NCBI GenBank assembly: GCA_963828965.1
Contig: CAWHGL010000001.1
Span: 20,256-84,255 of the forward strand
Direction of reading: 5' to 3'
Source of the DNA: an uncultured Chloroflexia bacterium
GTDB lineage: Bacteria; Chloroflexota; Limnocylindria; Limnocylindrales; CSP1-4
Length of the DNA stretch: 64,000 nucleotides
A program made the translations under genes and the position numbers. Positions within the stretch are counted from its first letter, which is position 1. Every line of letters starts with the position of its first letter. Shown here one piece after another: positions 1-13,641 of this stretch. The notes below the pieces were generated by a model, which saw nothing but the letters and a program-made list of their open reading frames with translations, did not search any database and was not told the origin of the DNA.

Positions 1-389
1 CGACGTCGTGGCCGGCGTAGCGCTCGGTGATCGTGTGGTAGGTGTCCCAGAACGGCCGGAAGGCGTCGTCTTCGCTGACCGGGGTCCCGGGCTCGACCGA
101 CAGCTGGCGACCCATCGAGTAGCCGGACATGAACAGGGCGGCGCCGGCCATCACGACGACCAGGCCGATGGCGATCGGCAGGATGGGCAGGCGACGGGGC
201 GGTCGGGCGGGGTTGGTGACGCTCGCGACCAGCGGCTCGGTGACGGCCGGTTCAGCCGCGGCAGCTCTGGAGCGGCGGCTCGGGCGCCTCCACCGGCGCG
301 TCGACGTTCGTCGAACCGCCAGCTGCGGGTTCGGCAGGGGCTGCGGGATCGGCGGCGACGTCGTCGGTCGGGTCGGTCGGCGGGATCAC
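1..389 (-). CDS. S41 family carboxyl-terminal protease, N-terminal part (truncated at window edge; indel near 265)
   Basis: Manual minus-strand translation gives a Pro/Ala-rich N-terminus, a TM helix (ILPIAIGLVVVMAGAALFMSGY) and then AFRPFWDTYHTITERY, typical of the CtpA N-terminus. It lies downstream of ftsEX, a conserved context. Confidence 0.6.
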
Positions 390-628
390 GCGATGGAGGT
401 TCCTCTGTGACGGGCGCTCAGGGTACATCGAGTCCCCGAGCGGGGCCGACGGGCCAGTGGTACTGGCCGGATGGTGCCATCCAGCGTTCACGTGAGCGTC
501 GGCTTCCGCCCGCACCGCTCACCTCCGGGAACTCGCTGGCGCTCCTTCCCTAACGGTTCGCTCTGCGGGCGCGCGCCAACGCGTACAACGGACCGCTGAC
601 GCGGCCGACGGCCCGCGCGCGCCGATCG

Positions 629-1515
629 CTAGCGGATGAGGTAGGTCCGGACCGAGACCCACGAGCCGACGATGCCCAGCCCGACGCCGGCGCCCATGAC
701 GAGCACGAACAGGTCGCGCGTGAGCGAGCCGACCTGGAGCGGCAGGATGCGGAAGAAGTCGACCATGAACCCGCTCAGCGGCTCGGCCGACGCCGCCAGC
801 ACGCGCGAGCGTGATGACCGCCCCGAGGAACCCGACGAACGCGCCCTCGAACACGAACGGCCAGCGGATGAAGGCATCCGACGCGCCGACCAGGCGCATG
901 ATCTCGATCTCCTCGGACCGGGCGAAGACCGCCAGGCGGATCGTGTTCACGATGATGAACAGGCAGATGATGCCGACGACGATGAGCAGGACCGTGCCGG
1001 CCGTGCGCAGGATGTTGGTCACGGTCAGGACCCGGTCGACGAGGTCCTCGATGTTGATGACGTTGCGGACGCTGACGTCGTCGCGCAGCGCGTCACCGAC
1101 CTCGCGGATGCCGCTCGGCTCGTTGAGCTTGACCTCGAGGCTCGCGTAGAGCGGGTTGCTGTCGAGGTACCTGGGTCAGGTCCTCACGGCCCTGGGCTTT
1201 CATCGAGTCGCGGAACCGCTCAAGGGCCTCGTCGCGGGTGACGTACGTGGCTTCCTTGACGACGGGCATCGTCTCGATCCGTCGCTGGAGTTCGGCGACC
1301 TGGGCGTCGGTGACGGTCGGCTGCAGGTAGGCGACGACCTCGACCTTCTGCTCGGTGAACTGGAGCCCCGCGAGCAGCCCGGTCTGGATGATCCAGAACC
1401 CGGACAGCAGGAGCAGCATCAGGACCATCGTGGCGGTCGCCGCGAGGCTCATGACGGCGTTGCGCCAGAAGCCCTGCCAGGCGCGCTTGATGCTGAACAG
1501 GATGAAGGAGATCAC
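629..1515 (-). CDS. ftsX: Cell division permease FtsX (indels near 1172 and 810)
   Basis: ORF pieces RAWQGFWRNAVMSLAATATM..., IIVNTIRLAVFARSEEIEIMRLVGASDAFIRWPFVFEG and GSWVSVRTYL; immediately follows ftsE. Confidence 0.93.
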
Positions 1516-1519
1516 GCGG

Positions 1520-2296
1520 TCAGTCCTCGCGGTGGTACGCGCCACCGACCTCGTCGCGGATGATCCGGCCTTCCTCGAGGGCCACGACGCGCTTGCGCAG
1601 AGCCGTCACGACGTCGGCGTTGTGGGTCGCCATCAGCACGGTGACCCCGAGCTCGTTGATGCGCAGGAGGAGCTGCAGGATCTCCCAGCTGATGAGCGGG
1701 TCGAGGTTGCCGGTGGGCTCGTCGGCGATGATCAGCCGCGGGTCGTGGACGAGCGCCCGGGCGATGGCCGTGCGCTGCTGCTCGCCGCCGGACAGCTGGG
1801 CCGGGGTCTGCTGGGCCTGGGCGGACAGGCCGACGATGGCCAGCACGCGATCGACCGCGGGGCGGATCTGGCGGCGCGGATGGCCGGTCACCTCGAGCGC
1901 GAAGGCGACGTTCTCCCAGACCGTCTTGGTCGGCAGCAGCTTGAAGTCCTGGAAGATGATCCCGATCTTGCGGCGCATCTTCGGTACCTGGCGACGCGGC
2001 AGCTTGGCGAGGTCCTGGCCGTCGAGGACGACATCCCCGCGGGTCGTGATCTCGTCTCGGATCAGCAGCTTGATGAGCGTCGACTTGCCCGCGCCCGATG
2101 GTCCGACGAGGAACACGAAGTCGCCCTCGGGGATGACCAGGTCCACGTCGCGCAGCGCGATCTTCCCGTTGGGGTACTGCTTCGTGACGTCGTGGAGCAC
2201 GAGGACCGCGCGCTCCTGCGAGGCCTGATCGCGGCCGCGATCGAGGAGCCGGCGTCGAAGCGAACGCGCGGTCGAAGGCGCTGGGGCGATGGTCAC
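1520..2296 (-). CDS. ftsE: Cell division ATP-binding protein FtsE (start uncertain, 2296 or 2446)
   Basis: Walker A GPSGAGKST, IFQDFKLL, LSGGEQQR, IIADEPTGNLD. Confidence 0.95.
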   Translation of the reverse strand: MTIAPAPSTARSLRRRLLDRGRDQASQERAVLVLHDVTKQYPNGKIALRDVDLVIPEGDFVFLVGPSGAGKSTLIKLLIRDEITTRGDVVLDGQDLAKLPRRQVPKMRRKIGIIFQDFKLLPTKTVWENVAFALEVTGHPRRQIRPAVDRVLAIVGLSAQAQQTPAQLSGGEQQRTAIARALVHDPRLIIADEPTGNLDPLISWEILQLLLRINELGVTVLMATHNADVVTALRKRVVALEEGRIIRDEVGGAYHRED

Positions 2297-2479
2297 TGGC
2301 CACTCCGCGGCTGAGCGTGGCGGCCGATGGGGGGAGCCATCGACGCCGATCGATCCGACTCCGTCCGCGGGCACGGCAGGGGGAGCCACAACAGGCCCGA
2401 GGCTACCACCGCCCCCGGCATCTGCCAAACGGGACGACCGGGCCATCGACCCCCGGACGAAGGTACGGTGCGGTCGGGT

Positions 2480-3482
2480 CTAGAGCAGTCCGGGGGAGAT
2501 CGGCAGGTAGCGGGCCAGGTCGGCGAACGGCTGGTCCCAGCACAGCAGGATCGGGAACTGGTCGAGGCGGAACCCGGCACGGAGCGCGGCCACGACCGCC
2601 TGGTCGGCGGTCCCCGGCAGCCACATCGCGAACGCGCCGCGGGGCGTCACGGCCCGGGTCAGGTGCCCGAGGATCGGGGTCACGAGGTCGGGGTCGAGGG
2701 CGGCCACGGGCCCGACCCGGCCCGCCTCCGTCGCGTACCCGTAGGCCACGGGCGACCCGTCCGGGCCGTGATACAGCCAGCCGCGTCGGCCCTCCTGGCG
2801 CAGGTAGCGGTGATCGTGCGGGTGGGCGACGCCGAGCGTCGCCCGGTCGAGCGCGTCGACCGCGGCGGACAGCCGGCCGTGCCCCTCGCCACCGGGCGCC
2901 CCACCGACGAGCTCCTCGAACTGGATCGGCCGGATGCCCGCCGGCAGCTCGCCGAACGCGTCGGGCTGCAGTCGGGTGGCCGATGAGGTCCAGGAGCGGC
3001 ACGCGGGGCACGATGCCGAGCGACGCATACAGGGCGTTCGAGATGGGCTGCGCCGCATCGGTGGCGGTCGGCGCGGACGACGTCGCTCCCGGCGGGCGCG
3101 CCCGGCGGCCTCGAGCAGGCGCGCGCCCGACGCCGCGGCCCTGCGCCTCTGGCAGCACGAAGCACATCGAGAGGAACCACAGCCGCTCGCGCACGACGGC
3201 CGAGGCGAAGGCCACGACCCGCTCGCCCGATGGTTGGTCGGGATCCGGCGTCGTCCCGACCACGAAGCGGTCCGGGTCGGTCGCCTGGAGGTGGGCGTAC
3301 AGGCGCAGCAGGGGCGCCTGCTCGGGCGGGACCTCCATCTGGCCGAGCGGGCGGATGTAGTCGTTGATGCTCACCCGCCAGATGTCGGCGCACGTCGCCA
3401 ACTCGTCGGGGCGGGCCGGTCGGTAGGTCAGGGCGAGCGGGGCACGCTCGCTGATCGCGCTGGGCTCGTCCGTCGCGGTCAA
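2480..3482 (-). CDS. GNAT family N-acetyltransferase, two-domain (indels near 2975-3120)
   Basis: YRPARPDEL...LWFLSMCFVLPEAQGRGVGR acetyl-CoA motif; the C-terminal half continues in ORF 2480..3058. Confidence 0.8.
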
Positions 3483-4610
3483 GAGACGGCCGCCTCGGCA
3501 TCCTCGCCGCGCAGCGCGCCACCGGTCGCCAGCCGTTCGAGCTCGGCCTGCATGAAGCCGTCGAGCTCACCGTCGAGCACGGCCGACGTGTTGCCGGTCT
3601 CGTAGCCGGTCCGCAGGTCCTTGACCATCTGGTAGGGATGCAGGACGTAGCTGCGGATCTGGTTGCCCCAGCCGGCCTCGACGTGCTCGCCCTTGAGGGC
3701 GCGCATCTCGGCTTCCTTCTCCTCGAGGGCGCGCTCCAGGAGGCGGGCCTTGAGGACCTTGATCGCGTTCTCCTTGTTCTGGGTCTGCGATCGCTCGTTC
3801 TGGCTCTGGACGACGAGGCCGGTCGGGCCGTGGGTCAGGCGGACGGCGCTGTCGGTCTTGTTGACGTGCTGGCCGCCGGCGCCCTGGGCCCGATACGTGT
3901 CGACGCGGATGACGTCCCAGTCGAGCTCGATCTCGATGTCGTCGTCGACCTCGGGCAGGACCTCGACCAGGGCGAAGGTCGTCTGGCGTCGCTTCTGCGA
4001 ATCGAACGGGCTGATGCGGACGAGGCGATGGACGCCGCGCTCGGCGCGCAGCCAGCCGTAGGCGCGCCGCCCACCGACCTCGACGGTCACGCTCTTGAGC
4101 CCGGCCTGCTCGCCTTCCTGCTGGTCGATGATCTCGGTCGCGAATCGATGGCGCTCGGCCCAGCGCAGGTACATGCGCAGGAGCATCTCGGCCCAGTCGG
4201 TCGCCTCGGTGCCGCCGGCACCGGCGCTGATCGTCAGGATCGCCGCCCGCTCGTCGTGCTCACCGGAGAAGAGGAGAGCGGTGCGCTCGCGGCGGAAATC
4301 GGTCTCGAGCGATGCGGCATCGCGCTCCAGCTCCGCCTGGAAGTCGGCGTCGGCGGTCTCGTCGAGGAGCTCGAGGGCGGCCTCGAGGTCGGCGACCCGA
4401 GCCAGCAGGTCACGCCAGGTGTCGATCTCGGTGCGCAGGCCGTCGGCCTCGCGGAGGACCTTCTGGGCGCCGCGCTGGTCGTCCCAGAATCCGGGCTCCT
4501 GGGTCAGGCCTTCGAGCTCGTTGACCCGCTGCTGCTTGGTCTCGAGGTCAAAGACGCCCCGAGGTCGACCGGATCCGTTCGGCCAGGTCGCGGATGGCGG
4601 ACGCGTCCAC
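3479..4610 (-). CDS. prfB: Peptide chain release factor 2 with programmed +1 frameshift
   Basis: SPF and GGQ motifs. ORF1 GTG(4610) VDASAIRDLAERIRSTSGRL-TGA, then the +1 frame DLETKQQRVNELEGLTQEPGFWDD. Confidence 0.97.
4547..4560 (-). other. prfB programmed ribosomal frameshift site CTT TGA C with upstream GGGG internal SD
   Basis: Minus strand reads GGGGCGT CTTTGAC (CTTTGAC = 4553-4547), the canonical RF2 shifty stop. Confidence 0.93.
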
Positions 4611-4835
4611 CTAGTTCCGGACCTGCAGATCCTGGAGCAGCAGGGGCCGCAGCTCGATGAGCCGAAGGGCCGTCTTGCTCCGCGCGACGACGGGGTTCAC
4701 GCAGGGACAGTAGCCATTGTGGGGGCACACGCCGCAGTTCCCGTCGCAATCGAGCGCGGCGGCGTAACTGCATGAGCGGCAATCACGCTCGCACGCGATC
4801 AGATCGACGAATGCGGCGTCTTCGGCCTGCTTCAC
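4611..4835 (-). CDS. Small Cys-rich hypothetical protein (74-78 aa, CxxxCxxC twice plus CPC)
   Basis: ORF 4611..4847 has high GC3, a GAGGGAG SD-like sequence before GTG 4835 and an upstream sigma70 promoter. Its TAG abuts the prfB GTG. Confidence 0.72.
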   Translation of the reverse strand: MKQAEDAAFVDLIACERDCRSCSYAAALDCDGNCGVCPHNGYCPCVNPVVARSKTALRLIELRPLLLQDLQVRN

Positions 4836-4931
4836 GGACTCCCTCACTTTTCACGCTGGGCACGGCGCTTGGGGGGGTGGGGGCGACCTGTCGATGGTGC
4901 TCGAGCGGACCTGGGCGACAGGTTTTGGCAC

Positions 4932-4960
4932 AGTATACGAGGCCAAGCTCGATGCGCCAA
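4932..4960 (-). promoter_or_regulatory. Sigma70-type promoter TTGGCG-N17-TATACT for the Cys-rich ORF/prfB operon
   Basis: -35 at 4960-4955, -10 at 4937-4932, 17-nt spacer, T-tract upstream, locally AT-richer DNA. Confidence 0.7.
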
Positions 4961-4994
4961 GAGGGAAAAACGGTTCCACTCGTTCGCCACGACC

Positions 4995-5014
4995 GTCCGG
5001 GTCGCGACCCGGAC
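4995..5014. terminator. Perfect 20-bp palindrome directly after the ydcF stop (terminator-like hairpin or operator)
   Basis: GTCCGGGTCG|CGACCCGGAC; no clear U-tract. Confidence 0.45.
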
Positions 5015-5612
5015 CTACGGGGAGGTCCCGGTGAGGGTGTAGACGGCGAGCGCACCGAGCTCGTGGGCCAGCGCATCCAGCCAGGCGACCGGGTCACGCT
5101 GCACCGGGCTCGTGCTCGTGGGCGACCCGGCGCCCTCGATCCCGGCGTCGCCGGCCATACGCAGCACGCGCAGCATGTGGGTCGGGTCGGACACGAAGAC
5201 CGCGCTGGCGAGGTCGTGGTCCGCCATCACCGACGCGACGCCGCGGATGGATTCGAGCGTCGTCCGGCTCTGGTCCTCGGCCAGGATGGCCGACGCCGGC
5301 ACGCCGTGATCGATGGCGTAGGCTCGCGCGCTGGCGGCCTCGGTCGTGCGATCGCCCTCGGCCTTGCCGCCGGTCACGATCAGGCGCGGCGCGACGCCGT
5401 CGAGATACAGCTCCACGGCGTGATCGATCCGCGCGGCGAAGACCGGCGACGGCCGGCCGTCGTACTGGGCGGCGCCCATGACCACGATGGCGTCGGCGGG
5501 ACGCCGTTCGTCGCGGGTCGCCCTGATCCCAGATCCGGTACGTGGCATAGCCGGTGACCGCGACGGCCACGAGTCCCGCGACGGCCGCGACCCGCACGAT
5601 CGACCTCAGCAC
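5015..5612 (-). CDS. YdcF/DUF218 (SanA-like) family membrane protein (indel near 5520)
   Basis: N-terminal TM helix, [53 protein letters not shown]. Confidence 0.88.
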
Positions 5613-5622
5613 CGCGGACCGC

Positions 5623-8644
<3,022 letters not shown>

Positions 8645-8709
8645 GGACGGCCAAGTATACGGTCAGACCCGTCCGAACCCCTCCGGGCGCAGCCCGCGGG
8701 GAACGCCGG

Positions 8710-8979
8710 TCAGCCCGTGGGCGGGCCGAACTGCCAGAAGCCGGAGCCGTAGCCGGCCACGAGCAACACGAACGTGATCGCACCGAGGATGAGCCAGAAC
8801 AGCACGGAGCGGAACCGCGAGGTCGGGTTCATCTCCGGGTTGCTGAGCTCCGGGACCTGGTTGCGGCGAAGCGTCCCGCCCCAGCGCGGAGAACGGAGCT
8901 GGTCGCGCCAGTCCGTGGGAGTCACCGGGCGCGGCTCGAGGCCGCCTTCGCCGTCGGGTCGGTGCAGCTGCAGGCTCAT
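8710..8979 (-). CDS. Small hypothetical membrane protein (89 aa, C-terminal TM helix)
   Basis: ATG overlaps the prs stop (ATGA); ends [25 protein letters not shown]. Confidence 0.65.
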   Translation of the reverse strand: MSLQLHRPDGEGGLEPRPVTPTDWRDQLRSPRWGGTLRRNQVPELSNPEMNPTSRFRSVLFWLILGAITFVLLVAGYGSGFWQFGPPTG

Positions 8980-10061
8980 CGGTCGCCCGATGGTACCGCG
9001 CTGAGCAGGTCGTCGGCGGCTGGACCGCGCCGCCGCTCGCCGCCGTCCGTCGCGAGGCCGCCCTCGCCCGGCGCCGAGTCGTCCCACAGGAGCATCTCCT
9101 GGGTGAACGAGACCTCGCTCGAGAACAGCGCCCCGACCGACTCGCCGCGATGGATGCGCTTGATCGCCTCGCCGATGAGCGGCGCCACGGACAGGATCGT
9201 GATCTTGGGGATGCGCTTGGACGGCGGGCAGCGGGATCGAGTCGGTGATGACGACCTCGCGCAAGCGACGAGTCGCGGATGCGCTCCACGGCCGGATCGG
9301 ACAGGACGCCGTGGGTCGCGCAGGCGTACATCTCGGTGACGCCTTCGCGCTCGAGGGCGCGGACGATCTCGATGAGCGTCCCGCCGGTGTCGATCTCGTC
9401 GTCGACGATGATCGCCCGCTTGCCGCGCACGTCGCCGATGACGTTCATGAGCTCGGCCCGGTCGAGGTTGCCGACGCGCCGCTTCTCGATGATCGCGAGC
9501 GGCGCGTCGAGCAGCTCGGCGAACGTCCGCGCGCGCTTGGCGAAGCCGAGGTCGGTGACGACGACGCAGTCCTCGAGCTGCATGTTGATGAAGTAGTCGC
9601 GACAGCAGGTGGACGGCCGTCAGCTCGTCGACCGGGATGTTGAAGAAGCCCTGGATCTGGCCCTGGTGGAGGTCCATCGACAGGACCCGGTCAGCGCCCG
9701 CCACGGTGATCATGTCGGCGATGAGCCGGGCCGTGATCGGGACTCGCGGCTGGTCCTTCTTGTCCGAGCGGCCGTACGCGTAGAACGGGATGACCGCGGT
9801 GATGCGGCCCGCCGACGCCCGCTTGAAGGCGTCGATCATGATCAGCAGCTCCATGATCGACTGGTTGACCGGGTGCGACGTCGGCTGGACGATGAACACG
9901 TCCTTCTCGCGGACGTTGTCGAGGATCTTGACGAAGATGTTCTCGTTCGCGAACTGGAACACCTCGGCCTTGCCGGGTTCCATGCCGAGGTAGCGCGCGA
10001 TCTTGTGCGCCAGATCCGGGTTGGCGTTCCCGTGATAGATCTCGAACTGGTCCGCGTACAA
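8976..10061 (-). CDS. prs: Ribose-phosphate pyrophosphokinase (indels near 9600, 9262, 9228)
   Basis: IPFYAYGRSDKK, MDLHQGQIQGFF, IIVDDEIDTGGTL, ACATHGVLS. Confidence 0.95.
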   Translation of the reverse strand: MYADQFEIYHGNANPDLAHKIARYLGMEPGKAEVFQFANENIFVKILDNVREKDVFIVQPTSHPVNQSIMELLIMIDAFKRASAGRITAVIPFYAYGRSDKKDQPRVPITARLIADMITVAGADRVLSMDLHQGQIQGFFNIPVDELTAVHLLSRLLHQHAARGLRRRHRPRLRQARADVRRAARRAARDHREAARRQPRPGRAHERHRRRARQAGDHRRRRDRHRRDAHRDRPRPRARRRHRDVRLRDPRRPVRSGRGAHPRLVACARSSSPTRSRCPPSKRIPKITILSVAPLIGEAIKRIHRGESVGALFSSEVSFTQEMLLWDDSAPGEGGLATDGGERRRGPAADDLLSAVPSGDR

Positions 10062-10099
10062 CGGTTACGCCTCCCGCTCGCCGAAGACCGAGGTCGGCG

Positions 10100-12667
10100 T
10101 CACTGACCGCCGGATGGCGGGGTCTGACCGGGACCCGCTCCGGGGTCCCCATCGTCGCCCATGCCGTCGCGGTCCGCAAGTCCGGGACGGAACGCGGCGA
10201 TGGCGACGACCCGGTCGCCCTCGGCCAGGCGCATCACGATGACCCCGCGCGCGCCCGAGCTGTAGCGGTTGATCGGTGTTGGTCTCGGTGCGGATGACCT
10301 GACCACCCTCGGAGATCAGGACGAGCTCCTCGTCGGCTTCGGTCACCTGCTGGACCGCGGCGACCGGCCCGGTCTTGCGCCCCTCGAGCGCGATCAGCCG
10401 GACGCCCTGGCCACCGCGGTGCTTGCGTCGGAACTCGCTGATGGCGACGCGCTTGCCGTAGCCGGTCTCGGTCAGCACGAGCAGGTCGGCGTCGGGCTCG
10501 ACGACGCTCATCGCGACGACGCTGTCGTTCTCGCGCTTGAGCAGCCGGATGCCGATGACGCCGGCCGCGTCGCGGCCCATCGGGCGGACCTCGTCCTCCT
10601 CGAACCGGGCGAGCATGCCCTGCGCCGTGGCGAGGATGATGTCGTCCGCGCCGCTCGAGACGCCGACCCAGGCAAGGTCGTCGTCCTCGTGGATGGTGAT
10701 CGCCCGGATGCCGGTCGAGCGGACCCGTTCGAACTGCTCGAGCGGGGTCTTCTTGATGTGGCCCTTGCGGGTGGCCATGACGAGGAAGTGGCCGGGCTCG
10801 AAGTCGGGCAGCACGATCGTCGCGACCGGGACCTCGCCCGAATCCACCTGGACGCCGGGCAGGTTGATGATCGCCATGCCCTTGGCCTGGCGGCTGGCGT
10901 CGGGCACGTTGTGGACCTTCGCCGAGAACACCCGACCGCGGTTGGTGAAGAACAGCGCCCAGTCGTGGGTGTTGGCGACGAGCAGGTGCTCGACCGCGTC
11001 CTCCTCGCGGGTGACGTGGCCGATGATGCCCTTGCCGCCACGGTGCTGGCGGCGGTAGGTGTCGACCGGCTGGCGCTTGATGTAGCCGCGGCCGGAGATC
11101 GTCACGACGACGTCCTCGTCGGCGATGAGGTCCTCGTCGGTCATCTCGCGGCTGGCGTCGTCGGCGACGCGCGTGCGGCGGTCGCCGGCGTACTTGCGCT
11201 TCAGCTCGGCGAGCTCGTCCTTGATGATGCCCAGCACGCGGGCCGGGTTGGCGAGGATGTCCTCGAGCTCGGCGATCAGCTGGATGACCTGCGAGGTACT
11301 CGTCCTCGATCTTCTTGCGCTCGAGGGCGGCCAGGCGGGCGAGACGCATGTCGAGGATGGCCTGCGCCTGCAGCTCGGACAGGTCGAAGCCCGACATGAG
11401 GTTGTTGCGGGCGTCCTCGACCTCGCGCGATTCGCGGATGGTCTTGATGACCGCGTCGAGGTTGTCGAGGGCGATCTTGAGGCCCTCGAGGATGTGCGCC
11501 CGGGCGCGCGCCTTGCCGAGGTCGAACTCGGTCCGGCGACGGACGATGTCGCGGCGGTGGTCGACGTAGTGCTGGAGCACGACTGCGCAGGGGCAGGGTC
11601 TGGGGCTGGCCGTCGACGAGCGCGAGCATGTTCATGTTGAACGCGAGCTGCATCGGGGTGTGCTTGAACAGGTTGTTCAGCACCTTGTGCGGGTTCGCGT
11701 CGCGCTTGATCTCGACGTAGATGCGCATGCCGTCGCGGTCGGACTCGTCGCGCAGGTCGGCGATGCCGTCGATGCGCTTGTCCTTGACCAGGTCGGCGAT
11801 CTTCTCGAGCAGGGCCGCCTTGTTCACCTGGTACGGCAGCTCGGTGACGATGATCGCGGTGCGATCGCCGCGGACCTCCTCGAAGGCGACCTGGGCGCGC
11901 ATCACGACCCGGCCGCGGCCGTGGGCGTACATCTGGCGGATCGCGTCGACCGTCTCCCACTCGCCGGTCAGGACGTTGCGCTGCTTCTCGAACCGGAAGA
12001 TCGTGCCGCCGGTCGGGAAGTCCGGACCCATGACGAACTTGCACAGGTCGTCGGAGGTGAGGTCCGGGTCGTCGATGAGGGCGACGGTCGCGTCGACGAT
12101 CTCACCGAGGTGGTGCGGCGGGATGTTGGTCGCCATCCCGACCGCGATGCCCGAGCTGCCGTTGATGAGCAGGTTCGGGAGCTTCGCCGGCAGGACCGAT
12201 GGCTGCTTCTGGGTCCCGTCGTAGTTGTCGACGAAGTCGACGGTCTCCTTGTCGATGTCGGCGAGCATCTCGGCGGCGATGCCGGTCAGGCGCGCCTCCG
12301 TGTAGCGCATCGCCGCCGCACTGTCGCCGTCGACCGAGCCGAAGTTGCCCTGGCCGTCGACGAGCGGGTAGCGCATCGAGAAGTCCTGGGCCAGCCGCAC
12401 GAGGGCGTCGTAGAGGGCCACGTCGCCGTGCGGGTGGTACTTGCCCATCACCTCGCCGACGATCGCCGCGCACTTGCGGTACGAGCTCGTCGCCGACAGG
12501 CCCATCTCGCCCATCGTGAACAGGATCCGGCGGTGGACCGGCTTGAGGCCGTCGCGGACATCCGGCAGGGCGCGGGCCACGATCACGCTCATCGCGTAGT
12601 CGAGGTACGAGACGCGCATCTCGTCCTCGATGCGGATGGCGCGGACGTTGCCCATGTCGTCGGTCAC
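10100..12667 (-). CDS. gyrA: DNA gyrase subunit A (indels near 11585, 11292, 10272)
   Basis: [38 protein letters not shown], GyrA-box QHRGGKG, C-terminal pinwheel repeats. Confidence 0.97.
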
Positions 12668-12683
12668 GGTCGGTCACTCCTGC

Positions 12684-13641
12684 TCATGCGAGCGGTGGTT
12701 CGGGATGGAAGCGGGGATCGGGCAGGCCACCGAAGCGTGCGGCGGTGGCGGATGCGTCGGACGTGGACGCGGCGCCGGGACGCTTGCGGATGCCGCCAAG
12801 CCGGTCGCGCAGACGCGCGGCCGCAGCGGGATCGAGCTTGGACAGCGTGTCACGGATGACCCACGCCCGATGGCCGTCGGAGCCGGCGACCGCGAGGTCG
12901 GTCTCGTGCTCGAGCGCGGCGAGCGTGGCCGGGCCGTCGAGCTGGGCCAGCGAGCGGTAGGCCCACGACAGCGCCTTCTGGACGTCGGGAGCGGCGTCGC
13001 CCATCAGCTGGCCGAGCAGGCGCAGGGCATCGGCGACCAGCCCCGGCGCATGGCCGGTCCGGCGGGTGCCATGGGTCATCGTCGCGATGGTCGAGCCGAT
13101 GAGCCGGCGCTCCCACGGCGAGGGCGAGAACACGAGCTGCTCGAGCTCGGCCCAGCGATAGGGTTCCGCCGCGATGCCGATGCCGTACGGATGGGCGAGG
13201 CTGTCGACGGTGATCCAGTCGGCGGCTTCGCGGGCGGCTCGACGGAGGAGCTGCCAGGTCCGCTCGGCGTCGGCGGGCAGCGTGCGCTCCAGGAGGCCGA
13301 AGGCGAACCAGCGGGCCTCGAGCTCGGGCTCGCGGAACAGCCGATCGGCCACGAACAGCAGCGTGGTGGGCCGATCGCCCCGCGTGGCCTGGCGGAAGCC
13401 CGCGGGCGATCGCCGCCATGAGCGGCCAGCGCACGCCGTGGACGAGGCCGAGACCGGGGGCGACCCGATGCTGACCCTCGAGGTACTCGGGGTCGGCCAG
13501 CTCGATGAAGGCCGCTCGCAGGGCGGTCGCGAACGCGTCGGGGTCGCCGATGTGGTCGGCCAGGTCGCGGCCCAGGGTCTCGGCCCGCGGCTTGTGCTCG
13601 GCGACGAACGCGACGGCGCGTTCGGTGGTCATCGAGCTCAT
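12684..13641 (-). CDS. DNA alkylation repair (AlkD-like HEAT-repeat) protein (indel near 13400)
   Basis: GVRWPLM, ADWITVDSLA, SPSPWERR, DVQKALSWAYR motifs; ATG overlaps the upstream stop. Confidence 0.75.
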
